Of a stretch of 36,990 nucleotides of DNA, positions 1 through 10,848 are shown piece by piece. Source of the DNA: Jimgerdemannia flammicorona. Its lineage: Eukaryota. Location of the stretch: contig RBNJ01000199.1 in NCBI GenBank assembly GCA_003990765.1, positions 1 through 36,990 of the forward strand. The letters are read 5' to 3'. The translations under genes and the position numbers were made by a program. The notes below the pieces were generated by a model that was not told where the DNA came from, did no database searches, and saw nothing but the letters and a program-made list of their open reading frames with translations. Every line of letters begins with the position of its first letter. Position 1 is the first letter of the stretch.

Positions 1-15
1 AAAAAAGGCACTCAC

Positions 16-490
16 CCTTTTCCTTGGTCGTGCCAGGTGCAATAACACCTGGACCCTTTTTATATTCTACCTTCTCACCCTCACCGTCCACGGTACTGCT
101 GGGCACGCCTACGGCGGTGTAGCTATCGTCAGGTAACATGTACCATACGAAGCCGACGACGAGGACAATGGCTATCACAGCGCGCCACCACGAGTTACCC
201 TTGCGGGCTTTGTTGTTCGTGACGGTCATCAGGCTCTGCCACCAGGCGCTGGAGCTATCGTTCTTGAAGAGGGGTGTGGTTGGCGGGCGGTGCTTGGAGA
301 TCGAGTTCTTGCGGGCGGAGGAGCTGTTGAACACAGGGAGGGGAGACGCGGACGTGGGGGGCTGCTTCGCGGAGACGGGAGAAGCCAAGGCGGTGGCTGG
401 GGCAGAGAAAGAAGAAGTACGGTGGCGGAGGGGAGTGGAAGTGGTGGTGGTGGTGGTGGTGGGTGGGTCTGTTGGCGGGGTGATGGGCAT
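16..490 (-). CDS. First coding exon of a type II membrane protein (Ser/Thr/Pro-rich N-tail plus one TM helix); gene continues beyond the window start
   Basis: Seen: ATG at 490 opens a stop-free frame MPITPPTDPPTTTTTTTSTPLRHR...KGNSWWRAVIAIVLVVGFVWYMLPDDSY...GTTKEK. It ends at a canonical donor G|GTGAGT (15-10). Inference: basic residues followed by a hydrophobic helix suggest a Golgi/ER type II topology, as in glycosyltransferases; the catalytic part is not visible. Confidence 0.75.
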
Positions 491-1094
491 ATTTGGTGTC
501 GGGTAGTTTGGATGCGAGAATGATGGAACGTTGGTTAGCGGGCTGGCTGGTATGCGTTCGGGTGACAGGCAGGACGAACAGTGTATGGACGTACGCGTTA
601 AATATACGGCAGGGTGGTTCTCTCTTGAGGGTCCAAGTCAAGTTACGTTCTCGGTCAAATCAAGCCCCTTACCTTTATCGCCTGTCCCTCCTTGAACCTC
701 CAATCACAATTGAACAGACGGTCACGTATTGGATACATCGCCTACCCATCCACATGACACGCTTTTGCTGTATCAAAGCCTGGGAAGCAAACGCCTCCAT
801 TCCATTATATAATCCTAACTCCACAATCTGGCTATCTTTCCCCCACTCGCCTGATAATAACCATTTCCATTTTTGGAATACCATTGCCCTTCTTTCCTGG
901 ACGAAAGGAAAATATCACCCATTGCATGGTCGAAGGATAACATATGCGGGTACCATTGTAAATATCATTGTGAGAATCATTATCGTTATCCGGCTCGGTT
1001 TCTGATTCGCTTACAAAAATAAAATGTCACCGCTTTCTGCTACTATTCTTCGGGCTCGTGAGCGCAGGCGTCCGAGGCGACGGAAGTCGAGGAA

Positions 1095-1470
1095 GTTGCT
1101 GAAATCTGATCTGTTTTGGTCTGCTTTGGTCTGAAATCGGATGCCTGAAATTGATGTTATTTTCAGATCCTGTTGTCATTTTCAGATCTGTGTTGCTATT
1201 TTCAGATCCTTATCAGATCCATGTTGTTATTTTCAGATCCTATCAGATCCGTGATTCATTACTGTTACATGGTGACAAAGATTACAGATGAATCATCATT
1301 TTGCAGATTTAGCAAAGCCACAAGCCGCAAGAGCTGTGAAGCTGCAAGCCACAAAAACCATATAACCTACCAGATTTGTGATGTCATTTTTAGATCTCCA
1401 CCAGGTTTATGATGCCATGTTCAGACCAGTCTGAAAACAGACCTGAAATCCGAATACTTAGTCTGAGCTT
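1095..1470. repeat. Degenerate array of TTTTCAGATCC / CTGAAATC motifs, possibly transposon subterminal repeats
   Basis: Seen: ttttcagatc recurs four times in 1160-1240, with further tcagatcc and ctgaaatc variants. Inference: these are CpG-deaminated forms of ttttcggatcc / ccgaaatc. Confidence 0.5.
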
Positions 1471-2157
1471 ATTTATTATTAAGAGTATTATTAAAGAAGA
1501 GAGAGAAAAAACAAAAAGTAAAAACAAAATCAAAACCAGACTCTTGATTTATAGTTTATATTTTATTGACTATTTAAATATAATATAATATAATATAATA
1601 ATTTAGTATTTAAGTATCAATATAATTAATATCTAAAATAAGATTATTATTATAAAAATATATAATATTTTAGCTTAATTTTCTTAATTAGTTATATTTT
1701 TTTCTTAATATTTTCTATCTTTTTTTAATATTAAGTATTTTATCTTAGCTAGTTATTGAGCTTTATAAAATATTTTATAATATATCTTTTTATAGCTTAT
1801 TAAATAATACTTATAATTTTGAGAGTAATAATTAAACTTTAGTTATTATATATATTTCTTAAGTTATAATTATAAAAATAATTATATAAAATAATTGTTT
1901 TTATTTTAATTTCTAATTTTATATTAACTTTAGTAACTTATATTTTTTTAAATATTTATCTTTATTTAATATAATTTTTAAATTATATTATTATTTAATA
2001 ATAAATATTCTTCAGAACTTTCTTCTTTAAATAATATTTCTAAAATATAAAATAAATACTTTATAATTTTATCTTTAAGAGCTAACAAGACTGATGATAA
2101 AAAATAATCTCAATTTTTATATTTATCATAAAGATCAAAGATCTTAAAAAGATGAAC
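1471..2157. other. Extremely AT-rich, mutation-saturated relic DNA
   Basis: Seen: almost no C or G, TpA-rich, no CpG. It resumes in the same style at 10145-10450 on the far side of the solo LTR. Confidence 0.6.
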
Positions 2158-2772
2158 TATAAGAGAATTACTTATAAAAGTACTATTATATAGTTCTAGA
2201 AGAGTTTTCTAGAAGTTCTGAATATTCTAAAAGACTATTTTCTTAAAATTAGGATTAATTTTATATAGAGTATATTCTCTATACTTATTAATTTTAAGAT
2301 TGAGTTGATATCTCAACTAAAGTCCTTTTTTAGACTTATTTTAGATATTTAGGATTTTTTATATTTCAGAAAGTTCAAAAAACTAAGATTAGCTTAGTTG
2401 AATTAGTATATTGTTACAGATAATATCCAATTAGAAAATTTTGTAATATAATTAAGAGTAGGATCTAATAGGATATAGATTTATTTAAGAGTAGTTTATA
2501 GATTATTAAATAGATTTATTTACTATTTATAATATTATTATACTAGGAGTAGTTTGTATGAAGAGATATTGTAGAGAAGTGTTTAAAAGTCACCTTTCTC
2601 AGTTACAATTTATATTACACATACTTTTACAATATACTTTCAAGTTGTTTATTGAAGAAAGGTACTAAGACAATAGTAAACAGTAAGTAATCTGAGATAT
2701 GTACTGAGCAGAGTGGCCCTAGTGTGTTTGACTAGCAGTAGGTGGAGAGAGATCCTAGTCTGGGGGGGGGGT

Positions 2773-4735
2773 ATGAGGGGGCTGCTGACAGGAGGATGAG
2801 AAGAGAGAGGAGATAGTATTAGAGGACAGGAGTCTGGAAGGATAAGCTTTGTAGAGATAGTGAAGGAGAGGCAGCAGATATCTGGGTTGAAGAGATGGCT
2901 AAGAAAAGGCAAGGAGATGGAGAAGTCAGTAGTTTATAGAGGAGTAGTCCTTAGCAGTGAGAGTAGTAGAGTTGAGAGAGTAGTGGTTGGGGTGAGTATA
3001 ATGGCTGATGGCGACAAGACTGCCAATCTGGAAAAAAATCCAAATGTGACTACTGATGGTGTAGCTAAACAGTAGGGGCTTAGAGAGCAGGGGAACTTGA
3101 CAAATAGTATAACAGACCTAGTGGTAGCCCTATTACTCAAAAAATCAATCTCAACATTCACAGTTATACTGTACTTCTGAGGCCTAGCAGTGATAGCAAA
3201 AATGATACTGAGGCTTATTATTAAATAGGTAGCTAGAGTAGTATTGATAAAGTTTCTAAAGGGATTACAGAGAGTAAAGGTGGGCTTTGAGGAAGCTGAG
3301 TCTTTAGAGGAGGTACTGAAGATTGGCTTAACTATTGGGGAGGTATGTGTTCCTATAGCATACTGCCTAAGATGGGATCCCAGGGTAGTATAACTGCTGG
3401 TGAAAGGAGTGCTCATAGTAATAGTAGTAGAGATAAGAAGAAGAATTGAGAAGATTATAGCAGAGTATAGCAAGGTAGTGAATATCAGCTTCAGAGTCTA
3501 GAAAGGGACCTTGCTCAGGACTAGAGATATTGACATACAGATTCAGCTGACAGGGAAGGAGACTACTGGAAAGACAAAGAACTGGTTATCAGTGATAGTC
3601 TGGGAGGCAATCTTGTACAAGGTGATGAGGGTGAAGAGGAGTGAGGAGGAGGAAGAGGAGTGAGGAGGAGGAAGAGGATTTGTTAGAAGTATTGAAAGAG
3701 CTGAGTAGTATAGTAGAGCAGTGGACAAAGGCTTAGAAGGTCTTTGTAGAATCAATATACTTAAAGATGGTGGATGGAAAGTAGATTAGAATAGACAAGG
3801 AGTAGTAGGAAAGAGCTCAGAGATGTAAGCATTAAAAGAAGTTACATACTAGCTAAGCTGAGAGATAGATCTCAGAAGGATGTGGGTGGAATAGTAGAGG
3901 TAGGGGGTGCCAAAGTAAGTATCTGGGCTAGTAAGGATAGTGAGAGTACAGGGAAGGTGGCAGAGGAGGACAGAAAAGTGACTAGTAATAATCTGTATAC
4001 TGATGGTATATTTGAGGTCTAGGAGGAGGACTGGGAGGGATTACCTATCTCTACTCCTCTTATTAGGTAAGGTCTGACTTCCTGAAGTAAAGTGGTAGAG
4101 GATGTACTAATGAGGGGGGCCCAGTGAGTACAGTTTGGAGTTCCTGAGGTAACAAATAGAGAACAAGTGGTGGCAGTTGGAGAGAAGAAACTGGTGGATG
4201 TCCTGGAGATATGAGATGAGTCTGTGAGTACTGAGGCTGATACTATGATGTTGGATGGTGGGAGACTGGTGACTCCTAGAGAGAAGGAGGTGGGAAACCT
4301 ACTTTGGATATATAGAATGATAAATAACCTAGTAGCTGAAGAGTTGGGAAAGGTGGACTTAAGAGTAATAAGTAATGAGTATTGGGTATAGATCCTACAA
4401 GAGGATGGCATGGAGCTGGCATTGAAGGCAGAAATTCTTGTGGTATATCTAGAGAAGGAAGGATATGAGATGGATAAGGAGCAAAAGGCTGAGCTAGCAG
4501 GGGTTACTGGTGAGAGGACTAAATACTGTTGGAATAAGTATTATAGATTATAACTCTGACAGGAGGCCTGTCTGGAGTACTGTGAGGAGTTTGAGAAGAA
4601 GGCAGATGGGGAGATAAATGAGCTATTGACTAGACTAGAGACTCAGAGAGCTGAAGAGAAAGAGGTGACTGCAGAACATATTCTAGACATGGTGTAGGAA
4701 GAGATGAACATGGAGTAGTAGAAATAGACTAGATA
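2773..4735 (+). pseudogene. LINE copy 1 ORF1 remnant (RRM-like region plus Glu-rich helical C-terminus); end approximate
   Basis: Seen: ATG at 2773 is equivalent to the ATG at 11033 in copy 2. It is homologous to the copy 2 fragment VRLIVGEVYVPMIHCLKWNPRVVQLLVKGV...EYGEVVDIGFRVWEGT, and carries many TAG/TGA stops. Confidence 0.65.
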
Positions 4736-4752
4736 ACACACCATATTTCATT

Positions 4753-7700
4753 ATGAATAGTACAACCAATATTTTCTCTTTGAATATAAATAAGTTACAG
4801 GGCACTTCTTGATGTAGGAACATTTTTACTTAACTGAAGATATTAGAGGCTAATCTCTTCCTCTTACAGGATATCAGGTGTGAGGATGATTTGGATAGGC
4901 TGGAATAAACAAAGAAATGGGAAGGTGAGGCAGTTTGGAAGGACAAGGTTGGAATTCTGGTCCAAAAGGGTTGAGGGGAGATACAGGAGATGAGGAGATA
5001 AGAGGATAGATTGGTCTGAGGAGAGTAGATACATATAGGTTGGGAGCTAGTTACAGTGGGCTCCTGTTACTGCTCTGCTATATAGAGTGAGTATGTGGAT
5101 TGGGTGAAGAGTCTTCAGGAGAGTGGGGTCCTTATGGAGGCTGGGGTGGATATACTTGATGGAGACTTCAATATAGTCTGAGATATACTAGTAGATAGAA
5201 AATATAGTGGAAGGGGAGCTGAGAGTAGAAGTGGAGGATTGGTGGCATGGGAGGATGTAGAAAGGCTAAGTGCTCTGGTAGATACTGATAGAGAATATTG
5301 GAGAGATAAGAAGATATACATACACTGGGCAGGGGGTCTGGAGACAAGGATTAACTAAATACTAACAGCTAGTTACTGGAGATTGAATGTTTAGAAGTTA
5401 CTAGAAGTGAAATAGTATCCTTGGTCAGATCATTAGGGGCTGTTAGGGCAGGGACATTTTGGAAGAAGTGGGGATGGGCCTGGACATTGGTGACTCAATT
5501 CCTCCTTATTAGATGATAGGATCTAGTAGAAGGCATAGACAGAAGACATTCAACTAAGGGTGGAGAGCTAGAGGCAGAAAGGTGTCCTGGTTGATGTTAA
5601 GTGGATGAGAATGAAAGCAATGGCCAGGGTTTACTAGAGTGAGGCTGGTAGGGAGACTGGGAAGCAGAGGAGATGATGGGTGAGATGGGCTTCTATTAGA
5701 CTGATCAGACTCTTAGAGGATTGGACAGGGCTAGTAATAGTGGGAGAGGAAAGAGAGGATTGGAGATTGATAAGGGTGAAAATAGAGGTTAGTGAATTAC
5801 AACAGGTACTGAGAGATGAGGAGGAGGCAAGAATATAGAGCTTAGTAGCACAACTTCATTGATAGGGATTGGAGGAAGGAGAGAGGCCCTCTAAGTATCT
5901 CATGAGAGCTCTTTAGGTGAGAAGGGTACAGTAAAGGTGAGAGGGAGTGGTTGACTCTGATGGTATACTGGTACATAGTATACAAGATATTCTTGGTTCA
6001 CTAAAGGAGTGATGGAGTGGATTATAGAGTGAGGAGGAGGGGGGAGCAGATGCTGCTGCCATTGATCAGACATTGGAGAATTGGTACTCTCCTCAAGCAG
6101 TTGGGCTAAGTGACTTAATATTGTTAGTATGAGAGGATGAGATCTACCAGATTCTTGTCACAACAACCCTGGACATAGTATCTGGAGAGGATGGTCTGCC
6201 CTGAGACTTCTGGAAGAAGATAGTAGGAGTCTCAGGATTTCTGGGTGCAATGATAGTATTGTGTGACTTTATATTACAGACAGAGAGATGGGTGGGGGAA
6301 TAGGATCTGAGGCTAGTGACACTGCTTTACAAGAATAAAGAGAGGCAAGAGAACTGGTAGAACTGGTGGCTGATTATGTTGCTGGATATAGACAGAAAGT
6401 TAGTAACTAAGGTAGTAGTTGCAAGGCTATAGAAGATGATCTAGCAAGTTCTGAGTGTTGAGAAAAGGGGCTTTATAGGAGGCTGGCTCATTAGAGATGG
6501 TACAGCTTGGATACATAGAGTTATTGAAGGGGTATGAGCCTGTAGACTAGATGGGTGATTGGTCTTCTTGGACCAAGAGAAGACTTATGACCAGGTGCAG
6601 TGAGTCTGACTGGTAAAAGTATTGGATAGAACTGGGGTACCACAACAGTTCTGGTCAGCAATGATCAGCCTACTGGAAAGGAGTAAAGCAGTGCTCATTT
6701 ATAATAGACATCACAGAGTATCATTTCTCTTAGATAGGGGAGTACTCCAGGGGGACCTGCTGTCCTCCATTCTATATGTTCTTTCTCTGGAGCCCCTAAT
6801 GGACAGAATCAGGTAGAAGATAATGAGGCTCTCTATCTTTGGAATTGGGTAGAAAGTTGGGATCTTTGCAGATGATATGGTGGTTGGTCTGAGATCTGTT
6901 ACAGATACTAAAGAGCTCAAAAAGATAGTGGAGTGGTACAAGGAGAACTCTAGAGCTAAACTCAATTGGCATAAGTGTGAAACAATAGTGTTGGGCAATG
7001 GCCTGGTGGGTGGGAATATCATCAGAACAATTGTCCCTACTGGCAAGATAGTGCAGTACTTGGATATTTATTTATCAGTATATGAGTTGGTACTTCTTAG
7101 ACTTTGGTAGGAGCAGAGGGTTAGAATCTGGGGGGAGGCTCTGCAGAGTTAGAGGGGTCACCATTTATCTCTAGCAGGGCATATCTCGATTTTGAATATC
7201 TATTGGCTACCAAAGTTATGGTATCTGGCTTATCATCTGGACTTCCCAGCCTAGGTAGTGAAGTGATTGTTGAAGCTGGCCAAGAAGTAGATCTGGGCTA
7301 GAAGAAGGGGTCAGATCAGTTGGGAGGTCTTATCCTTATTAGTGATAAGAGGAGGACTTGGGCTGGTTAACTTTCTGAAGTAGCTACACTGCTTGAGAAT
7401 ATGATAGTTGAAGAGAGTGGTGGAATTGAGAGGAGGTAGTTGGATTCTCCTATTACAGAAGGTCTGGGAGATGAGATCCTCACTAAGAGGCTTAATAGGT
7501 AATCTTCTATCATTGGTGAAGCTTTAGAAGACTGCATAATTGCAATATAAAGGCTTCTGGTGGGGAGTAGCAGAGGGGGCACACCACATTGGAATTCATT
7601 GGCAGGGGAATAAAGGAGAGGTGGCTTGGGACCCAGAGATATGGTGATGAGACTGAGTGTTGTTGAGAGGTATTCTCTTAGTTGAGTTTGACATTAGTGA

Positions 7701-8440
7701 TAGAATAGACTACCAAAGGGGACAAGACCAGGATCTGTGACCAAGCAGATGGCAGAGAGTTGGTATCAGAGAAGAGTAGAACTAGCATAGTGTGTAGGCC
7801 TAGAGTGCTAAGGTGAGGAGATAGATGCCACCAAAGTACTGGGTGGTCTGGTGGCACTTGCTAAGGAGGAATGTGATGCTCAACTTCCACTTGGATCACC
7901 TTATCAAGAGGGGTTGCTTTGACTGTGAGGAGTGCCACAATGTAGGGCAAGAAGGGGAATATATACAGATGCCTGAACATTGGCTAGGAGAGTGTAAGAT
8001 ACTTAGTGACTTCTGGCAGGCTATTAGAGACCACTTGGGGGTAGTGTGTCAGAGGGATAGTATATAGAGTTGGTGAGAAGATCTGAGAAATAGACTGATA
8101 GGGAGGAGTGGGAAAGGAGTAACTTACCTTAGGCTGGGTTTTGGCAATTTGGATGGGGCTGGCCAGTTACTGGCTATTTGTTTTTGAAAATGAGAAGAGA
8201 CTTGGCTTAGGGGACCAGTTGTTACATTGGCATGGCCTTATAGAAGACACCTTGACAGACTGGTGGCTTGGTTGGGAGCTGTAGGGTAGTTGAAGATACT
8301 ACTTAGTAGAGAAGATCTGTAGGCAGAGTAGAGAGAGGGTGAAGGTAGTAGGTGAGAAGGTGGTCTTTATTTGTGATGATACTAGAAGGAGCTCCTCTAT
8401 GGGAATCAGATAGAGAGAGAAGATGCTGTATAATTATGAA
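4753..8440 (+). pseudogene. LINE copy 1 ORF2 remnant (APE endonuclease, reverse transcriptase, zinc knuckle); end approximate
   Basis: Seen: MNSTTNIFSLN start, endonuclease-like (G)GDFN, and RT motifs GEDGLP, IMLLDIDRKL, LVFLDQEKTYDQV, GVLQGDLLS and FADD (6865-6876). C-terminal CFDCEEC...EHWLGEC. Numerous premature stops. Confidence 0.9.
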
Positions 8441-8775
8441 TAGATTAGTAATAAATGATGGAGTCCAAGTGACTATAAAAAAAAAATAAAAAAAAAAAGT
8501 ATTTAGAAGTTCTATTTATACATATCTATTTGTATCTATTTGAGTCTGAGTTTCTAAGGTCTGGAGGAGTAGGTATTTATACTAATAGAGGGCTATCTAG
8601 ACTATACTAAATATAGATATAGTACTTAGTATCTTATTGAGTCAGAATGTAGTTATATAGTATAAGTATAAACTGATATGTATATCAAGAGATCATCTGA
8701 CTGCTGAGTCAGTATGTAGTTACATCATATGAGGCTAATCTAACTATACTAGTGACTGTTAAGCTATCTATAAAT

Positions 8776-9872
8776 TTAGATGATATCTAGATAGTTTTCA
8801 ATAAGATTACTATTGATAATATCATCTTTGATAAAGTATTATCTAAGAAGAGTAGTTCTTGGATTATATCTTCTTATTTATTTATATAGTAGTAGGTTGG
8901 AACTATATCACCATTCTACAAGATGGCATTATCTGTCTCATATACTAGATAGAGTATTAGTAGGTAGAGAAAGAGTACATTATCTTTGCTTTTATCAGAT
9001 TTGTTATCTGTATACTTTCTATAAGTAATAATACTATAAGTTGCAAAGTTATAGTAAGCTAGTAGCTATGGTTCATTTCATTTATATTTAGAAGATAGAG
9101 TTATTGGTTTAATCTCAAGGGTTGTCTAGAAATATAGGTTGTATTCTTTGATCTCTTTATTATAGTTGAAGTAGTTAGATATAAATATAGATTAGTACTT
9201 ATATCAGTAATCATTATCCTAATAGGTCTTGTAGGTAATTATGAACTATTATAAGTTTATTAGTAAAGTTAGTAGAGTAATCAGGGCTAGTAGAGATTTT
9301 TAGCTAAAGATCATATTAGTATTAGAGAAATTATTATCTTTTACTTTATTATTATTGAACTAGATTATATTATAGATATTTTTTATAGTATATCCAACTT
9401 AGGGCATTGGTAGAATATAATTATCAGAGTGCAAAAAAGTTCTGTCTATAGTTTAGATATACTCAATATACTTATAGTTGAGTTCTTATACTATATTATT
9501 AATTTGGCCATAGGATAGAGTAGTAACTATTTCAGTAATAGTAACTTGAAGATAGAGAATAAAGATACTATACTTATAAAAGAGTTCTTAGTATTTATAG
9601 ATAATGAGTTTTTAATGTTGAGATATTTGAGTAATATCTATATTATAGTAATGTTCAACTATATCTTCTAGGAGATGATCAATCTGATAGTAGTTTGAAA
9701 TTTGTCTAATTTGGTGAGCTTTGCTAAATATATTTAGAGTATTCTATTAGACTTCTATAAAGTAAAGAGATACCAGGCTATAGATATTCATAAGGGGCAG
9801 AGGAGGTGTGGCTCAGTTGACAATAGTATTCCAAATGTCAGTATAGATGTAATTGTAGATCTTGGTAGTTAT
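8776..9872 (-). pseudogene. Heavily mutated copy of the LTR U3 ORF
   Basis: Seen: colinear with 32072-33169. The start codon reads ATA at 9872. TGG is retained at 9833-9831, where copy B has TAG. Confidence 0.7.
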
Positions 9873-10615
9873 AGTTATATATATGTTCAAAAGTTATAGT
9901 TATTTGTTTAGTTTATTGTAGTTCTCTATTTTAATATATCTGAGTACTTAGTATATATATATTTAGTTCTGATTAGTAAGGTTTCATTTGTGTAAATCTT
10001 ATATTCTGTAACTTTGAGTTGACTCAGCTTTGTACTCTATAACTTTGACTTGACTCAGCTTTGTAATCTTATATATAATTTCCAGATTTATTTAGAGAGT
10101 AATGTATAATTTTAGTGGCTTAGAGATTTTGTACTTATATAAACAATCAATAATTATAACTCTAGCATTATGATTGATAGATGAGCTTAGTGCTTAGAAT
10201 AAATTGAATTTTGATCTAATTTAATTCAAAGTTCAATTTAAAATAAATTTTTCAAAATTTAATAATTTAACCAAAATATATTTAAATTTAATAAATTTTA
10301 GTTTATTTAATATATCTTATAATAGAGAATATAATATAATAAAGAATATTAAATTTAGATATATTTCTATTAAGTTATTATATTTTGAATTTAAAATAAA
10401 TATTTCAAATTAAATCAGACTCTAATTTAATTCATTTGAAAATAATCTTAAATATAGTTAGTGCTCCAAATGAGCTGATTCAGATCAGATTCAAATCCCA
10501 TCCAGATCAACTTAGATGGGATTCAAATCTCATCTGGATTGATTTGAATCAATCATTGTTTTGATTTTTAAATTAGAAAATTAAATATTTATATTAATAA
10601 TTCAATAAATAATCA

Positions 10616-10848
10616 TCCAATTTTGATGATCTTGATGTTATTTGAAAGCCCTTAATGAAGTCTTTCTAATAATATCAAGAACATTGAAATTGAACCATAT
10701 ATTGCTAAGTTATCAAGAAAAATGTCTGACTTACTAATTTTGGAAATTTCTTCAAAAGAATGTTTTTCTTAATAGCTTAGCAATACATAATCCAATTTTA
10801 ATATTCTTGGTATCATTAGAAAGGTCTTATTAAAGGCTTTCAAATGAC
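10616..10848. repeat. Long inverted repeat (~105-bp arms); each arm contains a 33+13+33-bp palindrome; the right arm is completed at 16680-16700 after the LINE
   Basis: Seen: 10616-10722 is the reverse complement of 10763-10848 joined to 16680-16700. Confidence 0.85.

Larger units (their letters stand above)
2591..8498 (+). mobile_element. Full-length degenerate L1/Tx1-like LINE, copy 1
   Basis: Seen: 5' end CACCTTTCTCAG shared with copy 2, AATAAA at 8450, poly(A) at 8477-8498, and a 14-bp TSD AAGTGTTTAAAAGT (2577-2590) / AAGTATTTAGAAGT (8497-8510). Established: two ORFs with APE endonuclease, RT and C-terminal CCHC-like motifs are typical of the L1/Tx1 clade. Confidence 0.92.
2158..10139 (-). 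mobile_element. Solo LTR copy A (~2.06 kb without the nested LINE), heavily mutated and interrupted by LINE copy 1
   Basis: Seen: 2158-2590 and 8511-10139 align colinearly with 31396-33457. Termini are TATAAG...CTTATA, versus TGTAAG...CTTACA in copy B. The 5-bp TSD is TGAAC (2153-2157) / TAAAC (10140-10144). Confidence 0.85.

Noticed and set aside
138..641. ORFs 138-506 (+), 290-523 (+) and 255-641 (-)
   Set aside because: They are shadow or off-frame readings of the minus-strand exon 490-16.
1051..1471. Possible TIR pair CGGGCTCG / TGAGCTTA
   Set aside because: Only 8 bp, it needs four assumed transitions, and there is no matching TSD.
10188..10445. Second hAT-like MITE starting TAGTGCTTAG
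   Set aside because: It resembles the 10459 terminus, but I could not identify a clean right end or TSD in this AT-saturated sequence.
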